From: Bdellovibrionota bacterium
Lineage (GTDB): Bacteria; Bdellovibrionota_C; UBA2361; JBIKWN01
Assembly: GCA_044356295.1 (NCBI GenBank)
Contig: JBIKWN010000038.1
Coordinates: forward strand, 1-22,352
Direction: 5' to 3'
DNA: 22,352 bases
In this document: positions 1-8,156 of the stretch, piece by piece
Position numbering within the stretch: the stretch's first letter is position 1
How the letters are laid out: the number at the start of each line of letters is the position of its first letter
The notes under the pieces: generated by a model
What the model was told of the DNA's origin: nothing
The model's input: only the letters and a program-made list of their open reading frames with translations
Databases searched by the model: none
Position numbers and translations under genes: made by a program

Positions 1-588
1 AAAGAGAGGCATTATGGATTCCTTTGTGAATTTATGGACGATTTTATTTCAGACAAGAGGCTTGCTTCATCGAGGTATCAAAATTGCAAGCTTCCATACC
101 TGCAAGATTTTACTACAAGTTCCTTTGATCTTGCTCTTGTTGGACACCTACTATTTACTTATGCGAACGAAACAACTTTTAATTTAGATTTCCATGTAGA
201 GTCACTTGAAGAGCTAACTCGAGTAGCTAAAGAAGTGCGTGTATTTCCGGTTGGAGGGCTCAATGGAGAAATTTCTCCGATCCTTAAAGTATTGCGAGTC
301 CAATTGCAGACAAAGGGAATTTTTTCTGAAGTAGTAGCTTCACCAAATGATATGGTGAAAGGAGAAGGATGGAATCAAATGCTTGTACTTTCTCGAGATG
401 AAGAAAGAATTCAATTTCCATTTCCAATGATCTCTCATCCAGATAATTTTTATTTTTCCACGCAAAAAAGCCCTTGGAAAATAGCCATCGACGATAACCA
501 ATTTCCTTCCATTGAAGAAGTTTTGGAAAACGAACAACGATGGCAAAAGATTTCGAACATATCCTTCGACCATATTTTTGATAGATAG
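1..588 (+). CDS. SAM-dependent methyltransferase-like protein, C-terminal part (5' end outside window)
   Basis: Frame is open from base 1 (KERHYGFLCEF precedes the M at 34). The segment LPYL..SFDLALVGHLLFTY...FHVESLEELTRVAKEVRVFP resembles the post-motif-I part of class I methyltransferases; motif I is not in the window. Confidence 0.55.
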   Translation, partial: KERHYGFLCEFMDDFISDKRLASSRYQNCKLPYLQDFTTSSFDLALVGHLLFTYANETTFNLDFHVESLEELTRVAKEVRVFPVGGLNGEISPILKVLRVQLQTKGIFSEVVASPNDMVKGEGWNQMLVLSRDEERIQFPFPMISHPDNFYFSTQKSPWKIAIDDNQFPSIEEVLENEQRWQKISNISFDHIFDR

Positions 589-614
589 CGATTTTTTATA
601 GATAGCGTCTAAGC

Positions 615-986
615 CTAGACAATCAACGGATTTATAATTGACCTAAACTGGTCCGGAGTAAAAGGTTTAGAAAGAAAACCTTTCGCACCAGCATCAGTAG
701 CATTTTTTACGTCATCAGCAGTTGCATGGGCAGACATTAAGACAAAGGGAAGGGTATTGCCGTTGGCATTGAGGGATTTTAGAAATTCAACCCCATCAAG
801 ATGTGGCATACGAAGATCAGAGACGATAACCTGCCCGGTGCCCCCATTTTTGAGGTATTCTAGGGCTGACCTCGGATCGATGAAATCAGATACCGTAAAC
901 CCAAGCGCTGATAAAAGCAGCCTGAGCGCATTTAAAACGCCTGGCTCATCATCAACAAGAATTATGTGTGGTTTTTGAGTGTTCAC
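615..986 (-). CDS. Single-domain response regulator (CheY-like receiver)
   Basis: ILVDDE, VIVSDLRMP (phospho-Asp), LMSAH and FLSKPF motifs. The start is more likely the GTG at 986, preceded by AAAGGAAA, than the ORF-track start at 1034, which overlaps mutS. Confidence 0.9.
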   Translation of the reverse strand: MNTQKPHIILVDDEPGVLNALRLLLSALGFTVSDFIDPRSALEYLKNGGTGQVIVSDLRMPHLDGVEFLKSLNANGNTLPFVLMSAHATADDVKNATDAGAKGFLSKPFTPDQFRSIINPLIV

Positions 987-1027
987 AAAGACTGATTTCC
1001 TTTCCGAATTATAGTAGATTATTGCAC

Positions 1028-4000
1028 GTGGCACTACCTGCAGAGAAATTTAAATATGGCTCCCTCCCTCCTATGCTTCAGCAGTATCTGGACTATAAGG
1101 AGCGTTACCCAGATTGTCTGCTTTTTTTTCAAGTGGGTGACTTTTATGAGCTTTTTTTTGATGATGCTATTACAACAGCACAGTCTATAAACATCACTCT
1201 AACCAGCCGTGATAAAAACAGTGAAAACCCAATTCCGATGTGTGGTGTTCCACTTTCAGTTGCTGATCAGTATTGTGATCGATTGATTCAACTTGGTTTT
1301 TCAGTAGCTATTGTTTCTCAGGTCTCTGATCCATCTGCTTCACAAGCTAAAGGAATGGTGACAAGGCGACTTGAAAGAATTATTACTCCATCAGTAAAAG
1401 TTCTTGCAGGGGCGGAAAGTGCTGCAGCGCAAGGTCTATTAGCCGCGATTGCACTTCGTGGAACTCAAGAAGCTGCAGTTGCTTTTACGGATGTGCAATC
1501 TGGAACTATCCAAATTAAAGATTCAATTCTTGTTTCTGAAATACCAAATGTTTGCGCCCTCTATTCAGTAGCAGAAATTCTTTTGCCAAAACAGATAGGC
1601 ACACAGCCTCTCGATAGAAGAACATCATGGGTTCGCTCGTTAGAATCAGTTTTTGATAAAAAAAATATTAAATTTCGATTTTTTGATCTTGCTCCATCAC
1701 AACAGTGTCAACGTCTTGAACACTTCACTTCATTAAGTCCTCTCGCAAAAGATGCTGTCATTTCATTGATGAGTTACCTGGACGAAGTTATAGTCGAAAG
1801 ACAAGTTCCGATCGAGAGAATTGAGGTTGCAAAAGAGTCAGATCGCGTTTCAATTGATGCAACCACGAGAATGAATCTTGAACTGGTAAAAAATGTTCGA
1901 GACGGGAGTGAACGAGGAACACTTTATGAATATTTAAAATTCACTGTAACTCCTGGAGGAGCGCGATTTTTAAGAAATGAAATAGTAAATCCTCTCAGAA
2001 TTGCTGCTGAGATTGATAGTAGACTTGAAAAAGTTCAAGCATTCTTGAATGCATCTGATGAAAGAAGTTTGCTAAGAAAATTACTGTCAGAAGCCCCAGA
2101 CATTGAAAGAATTGCAGCACGTACGGATTTAGAAGTAGTAACTCCCCGAGAGTTGGCATCATTACGAGACATCCTCGAAAAAATTCCGCTTATTGTTCAG
2201 GTTCTAGAGTCTTTTTGGAGTACTCTCATTTGTCCTACTGAAAAGGAGTTAGCTTTAAAGCTTTTTAGTTCACTTAATGAGGCACTCGTATTAGAGCCGC
2301 CACTTTCCTCTGTTGATGGGGGAATTATTAAACCTTCTTATAATGATGAACTACATCGTTTGGAATTATTAGAAAATTCTAGTAATTCGTGGCTTGCAGA
2401 GTTTGAGCAAGAACATCGTGCTGCAACATCAATTCCATCATTAAAGGTTAAGTATACATCCGTTTTTGGATATTTTATTGAAGTATCCAATGCTCATCTG
2501 GCAAAAGTTCCGTCGACATATATAAGAAAACAAACCACCGCTAATTCAGAGCGTTTTATTACTGAAGAACTTAAGAAACAAGAAGCCGAGATTCTTCAAG
2601 CTCATGACAAGCGAGTCATCCTTGAAAAAGAGCTTTTTTCGATATTAAGAAATTCATTAAAAATGCATATCCCATTTTTAAAGAAAGTTCATACGATTGT
2701 TTCAGAGCTTGATTTTATCTTATCCCTTTCTGAATGTGCTTTTATACATCGCCTTACTCGACCAAGTATCACCACTGAGCCAGTGTTAGATATTAAACAA
2801 GGTCAACATCCTCAGATATCAAAAATTCTAGGGTCGCAGTTTATTCCGAATGATCTCTTAATAGAAGGAGGCAATCACGCCAATAATCCAGCGATCATGT
2901 TAATTACTGGACCAAACATGGGCGGTAAATCAACCTACCTTAGGCAAAATGCATTACTTGTTGTGATGGCCCAAATTGGAAGTTTTATTCCTGTTGAAGC
3001 TGCCACAATTGGAATTACTGATCAGATTTTTGCAAGGTTAGGGGCTTCTGATAATTTATCGGAAGGTGAGAGTACCTTTATGGTAGAGATGCGGGAAGTA
3101 TCTTTGATAGCACGTAATGCAACGTTTCATTCACTTGTAGTAATAGATGAAATTGGAAGAGGGACTGCCACCAGAGATGGCCTTTCTATTGCTCAAGCTA
3201 TCTTAGAGTGGTTAATTGTTCAAGTAAAAGCCCGTGTTCTTTTTGCTACTCATTTTCATGAGTTAACAGAGCTTGAATCTTTATACCCAGCAGTTGTAAA
3301 AAATATCTCTGTTGGTTCTACTGAAGTAGATGGCGAACTTATCTTTACTCATAAAATCATTAGTGGATCTGCGACAAAGTCCTTCGGTATTGAAGTCGCA
3401 AAAATGGCAGGTCTTCCTGCTTCGATCATTGAAAGAGCAAAGATTCTTCTTCAGAAGTTATTAGATAAGAATGAGGTAAAATCCTCTAATAAAAAAGCAC
3501 AACTAACTCTTTTTACATCTCCAATTGTTGTTCAAGAAAAACACGCACCTCCTCTGCTGACTGATTCGCAACAAAAAATAATGACAACACTTGAGACAAT
3601 TAAAATTGATACAATGACCCCCCTTGATGCACTCAATTCACTTTCTCAACTCAAAAAATATTTACTTATTGTTTTGTCTTTCCTCATTATTTTCTCAATA
3701 AGTTCTCCTGAAATCTTTGCAGAATCCAAAAAAAATAGTTACGAAGAGCTAAAGACTCAATATCTACGATTAAGAAATACGGATAGCTCTGTTAAAAATT
3801 ACGATCTGTGGTTACGAGTTGCAGAAGACTTAGTTGCAGTTGCCCCAAGTCTTTCTGAGAATCAGTCTGCTCAAGCTCTCTATAATGCCGCTACAGCTTA
3901 CCGTACGATGTATTCCGCCTTAGGTAAGGAAGAAAGTAAGGAGTTAGCAATACGTATTTATTTGCAAATTACTGATGAATATCCACGAGCACAGATTGCC

Positions 4001-4858
4001 GCAGAGAGCCTCAAAAGTCTGTATGAGTTTTTTAAGGACGAAGATCCAAAAAAAGCTCTGACTTATTTAGAGAGATTGAAAGATGAGTACCCAAATTCTG
4101 AACTCTCAGACTTTGCACGAATCGCTACACAATCTGATCCTAAAGCGAATTCAAGATCCTCTGATAGAAAACTACTTACCAATGATCAAAAAATTATCGT
4201 TATAGATCCTGGGCATGGAGGAGAAGATCTCGGAGCTGTTGGAGTGGGGGGATTATTGGAAAAAGATGTGACTCTTTCAATTTCTGAGGCGATTCAAAAA
4301 GTTCTCAATCAAGACCCGAATTATAATGTCCTTTTAACTCGTCGATCTGATGTATTTATGCCCCTTGAGCAAAGAACTGCTTTTGCCAATCAAAATGATG
4401 CAGATTTATTTCTGAGCATACATTGTAATTCTTCTGAAAAAGGAACCTTAAACGGCTTCGAGATTTTTACTTTAGATAATACAGGTGACGCAGCAACAAA
4501 AAAACTTGCCGAAAGAGAAAATAGCTCAGGAGCCCGAGCTAAAGAGCAAAATGACTTATCAATGTTTTTATCTGACCTGATTCAGACAACCAAAACTCCT
4601 GAATCAACCCTTTTGGCATCAATGATTCAGCAGTCTATTAAAAGTAATTTTTCAGATATTGAAAATTTTCCTATTCGTAAAGCCAAAAAAGCACCATTCT
4701 TCGTTTTAGTTGGTGCACATATGCCTTCAGTGCTCGTTGAAACTGCTTTTATCAATCATCAAGAAGATGGAGTCATGCTCTCTACTGATGAGTTTCGAAA
4801 TAAGTTTGCAGCTAGTATTTCAGATGGGATACAAGCGTTTTTCCGGCATACGAAATGA
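1028..4858 (+). CDS. mutS: DNA mismatch repair protein MutS in frame with a hydrophobic segment, TPR-like region and N-acetylmuramoyl-L-alanine amidase (Amidase_3)
   Basis: MutS motifs: PMLQQY..K..YPD, FFQVGDFYELF, PMCGVP, TGPNMGGKSTYLRQ, GESTFMVEM, DEIGRGT, FATHFHEL, SFGIEVAKMAGLP. Amidase motifs: VIDPGHGGED, EKD, FLSIHCN, VLVETAFIN. No stop codon between them. The GTG start at 1028 is inferred. Confidence 0.9.
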   Translation: MALPAEKFKYGSLPPMLQQYLDYKERYPDCLLFFQVGDFYELFFDDAITTAQSINITLTSRDKNSENPIPMCGVPLSVADQYCDRLIQLGFSVAIVSQVSDPSASQAKGMVTRRLERIITPSVKVLAGAESAAAQGLLAAIALRGTQEAAVAFTDVQSGTIQIKDSILVSEIPNVCALYSVAEILLPKQIGTQPLDRRTSWVRSLESVFDKKNIKFRFFDLAPSQQCQRLEHFTSLSPLAKDAVISLMSYLDEVIVERQVPIERIEVAKESDRVSIDATTRMNLELVKNVRDGSERGTLYEYLKFTVTPGGARFLRNEIVNPLRIAAEIDSRLEKVQAFLNASDERSLLRKLLSEAPDIERIAARTDLEVVTPRELASLRDILEKIPLIVQVLESFWSTLICPTEKELALKLFSSLNEALVLEPPLSSVDGGIIKPSYNDELHRLELLENSSNSWLAEFEQEHRAATSIPSLKVKYTSVFGYFIEVSNAHLAKVPSTYIRKQTTANSERFITEELKKQEAEILQAHDKRVILEKELFSILRNSLKMHIPFLKKVHTIVSELDFILSLSECAFIHRLTRPSITTEPVLDIKQGQHPQISKILGSQFIPNDLLIEGGNHANNPAIMLITGPNMGGKSTYLRQNALLVVMAQIGSFIPVEAATIGITDQIFARLGASDNLSEGESTFMVEMREVSLIARNATFHSLVVIDEIGRGTATRDGLSIAQAILEWLIVQVKARVLFATHFHELTELESLYPAVVKNISVGSTEVDGELIFTHKIISGSATKSFGIEVAKMAGLPASIIERAKILLQKLLDKNEVKSSNKKAQLTLFTSPIVVQEKHAPPLLTDSQQKIMTTLETIKIDTMTPLDALNSLSQLKKYLLIVLSFLIIFSISSPEIFAESKKNSYEELKTQYLRLRNTDSSVKNYDLWLRVAEDLVAVAPSLSENQSAQALYNAATAYRTMYSALGKEESKELAIRIYLQITDEYPRAQIAAESLKSLYEFFKDEDPKKALTYLERLKDEYPNSELSDFARIATQSDPKANSRSSDRKLLTNDQKIIVIDPGHGGEDLGAVGVGGLLEKDVTLSISEAIQKVLNQDPNYNVLLTRRSDVFMPLEQRTAFANQNDADLFLSIHCNSSEKGTLNGFEIFTLDNTGDAATKKLAERENSSGARAKEQNDLSMFLSDLIQTTKTPESTLLASMIQQSIKSNFSDIENFPIRKAKKAPFFVLVGAHMPSVLVETAFINHQEDGVMLSTDEFRNKFAASISDGIQAFFRHTK

Positions 4859-5733
4859 ATGATTCTGCAAAAGTAAAGCTTACTCTTATTCTCGATCAAG
4901 CATCACAGCAGGGGATCAAGATTGCAGTAGTTGGAGGAGTTGTCCGTGATCAGATTATAGGGAAAAACTACCAGCATACTGACTATGATTTGTGTGTCGA
5001 GGGGGATGCGTTAGATTTTGCTGAAGCGCTCCATGTGACATTAGGAGGTGATATTAAAAAATATCCCAATTTTCGCTCGGCTACTATTTTGATTGATGGA
5101 TTGAACATAGACTTAGTCTCTGCTCGAACTGAATTTTATCAAAAGCCAGGTGCACTTCCTACAGTTTCTTGGTCATCAATTGATCAAGATCTTCCACGCC
5201 GAGACTTTACTGTTAATGCTATTGCTCTTTCTTTAGCGGACTATCTGAGCGGCAACAAAAATTACATAGATGTTACTGGTGGTATTTCTCATATAGAAAA
5301 AAAAGTCATATCTATTATTCATCAAAAAAGTTTTTTAGATGATCCTACAAGGCTTTTTAGGGCTGTGCGATATGAAGCACGTTTAGGATTTCATCAATCT
5401 GAATTAACATTGAGCTCTTTTCAAGAAGCTCTCGGATTAGATGTATTGACCACAATAAGTCACAAAAGAATTTTCAATGAAATTCAGAAAATTCTGGAAG
5501 AAGAGAATTGGTTAATAATGTTTATGAGAATACATGAACTTCATTTGAAGATACCTTTTCTACCTTCTCTTTCTTTTAAAGATGTAATAGTTATTCTGAA
5601 ATCATACCAACAGAGTGAAAGATATACAGAGTTTCTAAAGCTTGTTTGTAAGCAGCTTCCAAAGACCGATGCAACGTCGCTATTGCAGCAATTAAGCCTT
5701 TCTCGAGATCTTCGTGTTCAAATTTTAGGATAG
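4855..5733 (+). CDS. Class II tRNA nucleotidyltransferase (CCA/A-adding; poly(A) polymerase family)
   Basis: VGGVVRD, DYD catalytic pair, RRDFTVNA, and DDPTRLFRAVRY. ATGA overlap with the upstream stop codon. Confidence 0.9.
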   Translation: MNDSAKVKLTLILDQASQQGIKIAVVGGVVRDQIIGKNYQHTDYDLCVEGDALDFAEALHVTLGGDIKKYPNFRSATILIDGLNIDLVSARTEFYQKPGALPTVSWSSIDQDLPRRDFTVNAIALSLADYLSGNKNYIDVTGGISHIEKKVISIIHQKSFLDDPTRLFRAVRYEARLGFHQSELTLSSFQEALGLDVLTTISHKRIFNEIQKILEEENWLIMFMRIHELHLKIPFLPSLSFKDVIVILKSYQQSERYTEFLKLVCKQLPKTDATSLLQQLSLSRDLRVQILG

Positions 5734-5739
5734 TAGTAT

Positions 5740-6909
5740 ATGCCTTTTTCAACGTTGCAAGAATTAAATCAATTTGTTTCCGTAAAACTTCAGTCGGAGC
5801 TTCACGGAAGGACTGTCTCATTTCTACCTATTCCGAATATTCCTACAGCAGATTGTGGGTCTGCTATTTTTCTGGAGCTTGCCCAGCTTCATAATATCGA
5901 TCCTCAAGGGCTCGGTGAGAGGTTGCTACCACTGTTAGACTCTAATCAGTTCAACGTAAGTCATGGCTTTCTTAATTTTAGTGGTAATAATGATCTTTCA
6001 TGGCTTTTAACTACTGAACCAAGAATCAAAAACCCCGCATCATTTCAGAATCTAAGAATAGGCGTCATGAGCGACAGTTTTGATGCTATGGGTAAATCTT
6101 CGATGCAATCAATTCGCATTCGTTCAATGGCGCTTTTTCAAATTTATCTTTTACTTTTTGTTGATAATAACAACCCAATTTCTCATTATGAAATAGAGCT
6201 TCTTGTCCGAGAGGGAAGTGTTATCGTAACAAAAGAAAACTTTTTTGATAGAGCTAAAGAATTTCTGCTACAGGATAACGTCTCTATTAATCCAGATCAT
6301 ATTTCTGATGAAAAACCTATATTTTTACATATCTCTCCAAAGGGGTTAACTAAAAAGCTTTATCAGTCTTTTATAGAATCTGAACGTTCAGAGCAGTATT
6401 GGTTAAAATTCTTATCTCTTGAACGAGTTTTCTATAATGCTCCAACACTTCCTTGGTCATCATCTTTTATTGATCGATTATTCCAAGATGACAAACAATT
6501 CCTCTCATCTCTTTTTTACTTATCCTCATCGCTTCAAGCAACAGAGCTTGATGATACGGTTCCATTTAATTATGAAAATGCCAATATTTATTGGTGGATA
6601 GGAAAAATTTTATCCAAATGTAAACAACAACAGATTTCTTCCCTGCCTCAAGAAAATAATCTCGAACTTACAGATGAAAATCGTGCTCTGATACTAATGT
6701 TAAAATTTTTTAATCAGTATATCTTTGAAGCGAAATATCATGGTAAGTTTTTTGACTTGTCTAATATGCTTACAGCCCTATTGGCCTATTCGGAAAGATC
6801 GATCAATCATCCGACCCACCGTGCAGCTCTAGAGAGACGAGAAGTCCGCTCAGATATTGCCTATATTCTGGCTGGTGTTTCAAAGCGGTTGGAATTATTC
6901 TCTCTCTAA
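5740..6909 (+). CDS. Degenerate arginyl-tRNA synthetase-like protein (N-terminal and DALR-like domains; no recognisable HIGH motif)
   Basis: N-terminal ADCGSAIFLELAQLHNIDPQGLGERLL...GFLNF resembles the ArgRS N-domain. C-terminal LTDENRALILMLKFF...LELFSL resembles the DALR anticodon domain. It sits directly upstream of a SPOR gene, the usual position of argS. Confidence 0.55.
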   Translation: MPFSTLQELNQFVSVKLQSELHGRTVSFLPIPNIPTADCGSAIFLELAQLHNIDPQGLGERLLPLLDSNQFNVSHGFLNFSGNNDLSWLLTTEPRIKNPASFQNLRIGVMSDSFDAMGKSSMQSIRIRSMALFQIYLLLFVDNNNPISHYEIELLVREGSVIVTKENFFDRAKEFLLQDNVSINPDHISDEKPIFLHISPKGLTKKLYQSFIESERSEQYWLKFLSLERVFYNAPTLPWSSSFIDRLFQDDKQFLSSLFYLSSSLQATELDDTVPFNYENANIYWWIGKILSKCKQQQISSLPQENNLELTDENRALILMLKFFNQYIFEAKYHGKFFDLSNMLTALLAYSERSINHPTHRAALERREVRSDIAYILAGVSKRLELFSL

Positions 6910-7880
6910 TGGTAAAAAAATCGAATGAACGTTGGGAAGTTCGCCTAGCCCTATCGCAATTAGTTATTTTAATTGGTGTCATCACAGGATGCCTTGCAAT
7001 ATCGTTCTATCTTGGCTTCTTCTCGGGTAAGAAGGTCGGTGCATCGGCTACCATGGAGAGTTCTCTAGCCACACTTCCTAAGGTTCCAATTACTGGCGAT
7101 TTAGCAGCAGGTGATAATTCATCAGAAAATGCAGAAGAGGCAGTAACTGATGTATATGCAAAACTTAAAGCTTCTGGTGCCTCGAAAACCAACTCTGTCG
7201 TTGAGATTCCGATGCCTTCTGTTGAAGCTATTAAAGAAGCTGATAACGATATCACTGCTGAAGGGGAAAAGATTTTAAACGATTCTCTAGAAGCCATTGA
7301 GCAGCCTTCAAGTAATACGCCTGTTTCTAACAAAAAATCATTGGGACTCAATGACCCGTGGGAATCTGAGCCTCATGCAATAAAAAATAAAACGATAGAT
7401 GACGTACTTGATAAAATGGGAGCAGAGAAGATTGTTCCTACTAAAAATGAAGCTATGCCTGCCAATGATTCAGTCATAGTTGATGCAAAACAATTGGCAG
7501 CATCAACAGCAGTACCAACAGTGATACCAACTCTTGTTCAAGCAACATCAACGCCAACACCAAAAGCAACGGCTACTCCAAAAGCCATAGTTACTCCTAC
7601 AAAAACCAATGGAGCAGGTATTACCTTAGGAGTTAAAGAAAAAGGTTGGTTTGCACAGGTTGCGGCCCCAAAGACAAAATCTGAGGCAGACGGACTTGCT
7701 GCAAAGCTTCGTAGTAACGGATTTAGAGTTTCAATTGAAACAGCGAATATTAAGGGAGATCAATATTTCAGAATTTTAGTAGGTCCAGAAGATAACAGAA
7801 CTCAAGCAGAGAATTTGATTGGACAACTCAAACGAGAGAGCTACCTAAGTGGGGCACCTTTTATCCGAGCTATTAAATAA
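6909..7880 (+). CDS. SPOR-domain cell-division protein (FtsN/DedD-like)
   Basis: N-terminal TM helix, Pro/Thr/Ala-rich linker, and C-terminal WFAQVAA..AEGLAAKLRSNGF-type segment followed by YFRILVGP. TAATG stop/start overlap with the upstream gene. Confidence 0.85.
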   Translation: MVKKSNERWEVRLALSQLVILIGVITGCLAISFYLGFFSGKKVGASATMESSLATLPKVPITGDLAAGDNSSENAEEAVTDVYAKLKASGASKTNSVVEIPMPSVEAIKEADNDITAEGEKILNDSLEAIEQPSSNTPVSNKKSLGLNDPWESEPHAIKNKTIDDVLDKMGAEKIVPTKNEAMPANDSVIVDAKQLAASTAVPTVIPTLVQATSTPTPKATATPKAIVTPTKTNGAGITLGVKEKGWFAQVAAPKTKSEADGLAAKLRSNGFRVSIETANIKGDQYFRILVGPEDNRTQAENLIGQLKRESYLSGAPFIRAIK

Positions 7881-8156
7881 CAGGACTTTTTAGATATCTG
7901 TACTAACATATTGTAATTACAGCATTTTTTCTGTAATTTTTGGTGTAATAATCAAAAGTTCATGAAGAATTACGAAAAAGAACGCCTTCGAAGCTCCTAA
8001 CTACATAATATTATAGGGATTGTTCATCTTAACAAAACTCTCCTTTGGTAGTTATGATCAGAAACAATAATTAATTTTCTTATGTTACCTGTCTTATGAA
8101 ACCCACATATCCGATAAGAGATCTAATGTATACTACTTAAAAGAGTACCCGTTGAA

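Noticed and set aside
581..607. Direct repeat ATAGATAGCG x2 between convergent genes, and similar AGCATAGA repeats near 21041-21064
   Set aside because: They are too short and have no supporting context; probably slippage duplications.
968..1034. ORF-track starts that make mutS and the receiver gene overlap head-to-head
   Set aside because: GTG starts at 986 (-) and 1028 (+) remove the overlap and fit the domain boundaries better.
7490..7610. CAACA/CCAA-rich low-complexity stretch
   Set aside because: It is explained by the Pro/Thr/Ala linker codons of the SPOR protein.
8110..8117. TCCGATAA sigma-28-like -10 box upstream of the PP2C gene
   Set aside because: There is no matching TAAA/TCAA element at the expected spacing.
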